Below are positions 30,210 to 31,005 of a DNA stretch of 31,005 bases, piece by piece. The translations under genes were made by a program, and so were the position numbers. A model generated the notes under the pieces. That model was not told where the DNA came from, did not search any database, and was given only the letters and a program-made list of their open reading frames with translations. The stretch lies in the IMG/VR virus record IMGVR_UViG_3300007520_000051, positions 1 to 31,005 of that record, one strand, 5' to 3'. This stretch comes from a virus (Duplodnaviria; Caudoviricetes). The first letter of the stretch is position 1, and each line of letters starts with the position of its first letter.

Positions 30210-30860
30210 GTGTCAGCAATTGATTTCCCATCTCCAGCCGAAGTCGGTGAAGAATTTACCTCAGGCGGGCATACTTGGATTTGGACAGGCACCGTTTGGG
30301 AAGTAAAAAGAACAGCCCCGCTCGGTCCTACTGGTGCAATAGGTCCAACGGGAGCTCAGGGTCCAACTGGTGCAACGGGTGCAACGGGCTCTCAAGGCGA
30401 GCAAGGTGTTACAGGACCAGAATCAACAATAGCTGGCCCTACTGGTCCCACTGGAGATCTAGGTCCTCAAGGACCAACTGGTCCACAGGGTGATACGGGA
30501 CCACAAGGTTTTAGAGGATTTACAGGACCTACAGGCGCTGATTCTCAGGTAGCTGGTCCTCAGGGGCCAACGGGACCAAGAGGTATTGTTGGATTTACAG
30601 GGCCTACAGGTGCGCAATCTGTCGTACCAGGTCCTACGGGACCTACAGGTCCGCAAGGTAAATTTACTGCATCGCCTACGCAACCAGATGTAGAATTATC
30701 TACAGATGGCGATGCTTGGTTTGATACCAATACAGGGCTAACTTACATCTTTTTTGGGGGACTATTTATTCAGGCTGCTGGTGGCACTATTGGTTCTACT
30801 GGACCGACTGGTTCGCAAGGGACACTCGCTGTATCTACCTCTTGGTGGTTAGGTGTTTAA
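30210..30860 (+). CDS. Collagen-like fibre protein
   Basis: AAGGAG RBS with GTG start; MSAIDFP module, GXT repeats, GDAWFD module. Confidence 0.85.
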   Translation: MSAIDFPSPAEVGEEFTSGGHTWIWTGTVWEVKRTAPLGPTGAIGPTGAQGPTGATGATGSQGEQGVTGPESTIAGPTGPTGDLGPQGPTGPQGDTGPQGFRGFTGPTGADSQVAGPQGPTGPRGIVGFTGPTGAQSVVPGPTGPTGPQGKFTASPTQPDVELSTDGDAWFDTNTGLTYIFFGGLFIQAAGGTIGSTGPTGSQGTLAVSTSWWLGV

Positions 30861-30890
30861 TATGAAAGTAACTATTGGAGAGGTAATCTA

Positions 30891-31005
30891 ATGCCTGGTT
30901 TTTTGGGTGGTAGCACTGGTGGTGGTGGTGGAACTGGTGGAGAGATTCGTTTTCCAAAAGAGTTCATTGATCCAGTAACTAAACTTCGTGTCAGTCAACC
31001 TGAAA
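30891..31005 (+). CDS. Partial structural protein (N-terminus)
   Basis: GGAGAGG RBS; MPGFLGG...IDPVTKLRVSQPE, open to the window edge. Confidence 0.65.
   Translation, partial: MPGFLGGSTGGGGGTGGEIRFPKEFIDPVTKLRVSQPE

Overview
AT-rich dsDNA tailed-phage genome segment. The host is probably an actinobacterium, given leaderless TANNNT-N5/6-ATG starts, the actinobacterial-type monomeric class II RNR and an actinobacterial-style tmRNA 5' end. From left to right it carries: nucleotide metabolism and modification genes (PseT-like HAD phosphatase, class II RNR, SAM methyltransferase, glycosidase-like propeller); an NlpC/P60 hydrolase; and an accessory, largely non-coding island (about 7.2-11.4 kb). 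The island holds three copies of a ~65-70 bp hairpin repeat bounding small gene cassettes (one with an orphan GCNGC-type C5 DNA methyltransferase), palindromic iteron-like repeats, gene remnants, DnaA boxes and a 79-nt mini-tmRNA. After it come a serine recombinase, a large Cys/Pro-repeat membrane protein, the terminase, an M23 endolysin, a primase-polymerase/D5 helicase, a metallophosphoesterase and a block of modular collagen-like fibre genes. The standout is the mini-tmRNA at 11132-11210: a complete tmRNA tRNA-like domain (G3:U70 Ala identity, stemless D-loop, P2a, GAC, T-arm) in which the whole tag-coding and pseudoknot domain is replaced by a 23-nt capping hairpin. All family calls come from motif recognition only; no searches were run.
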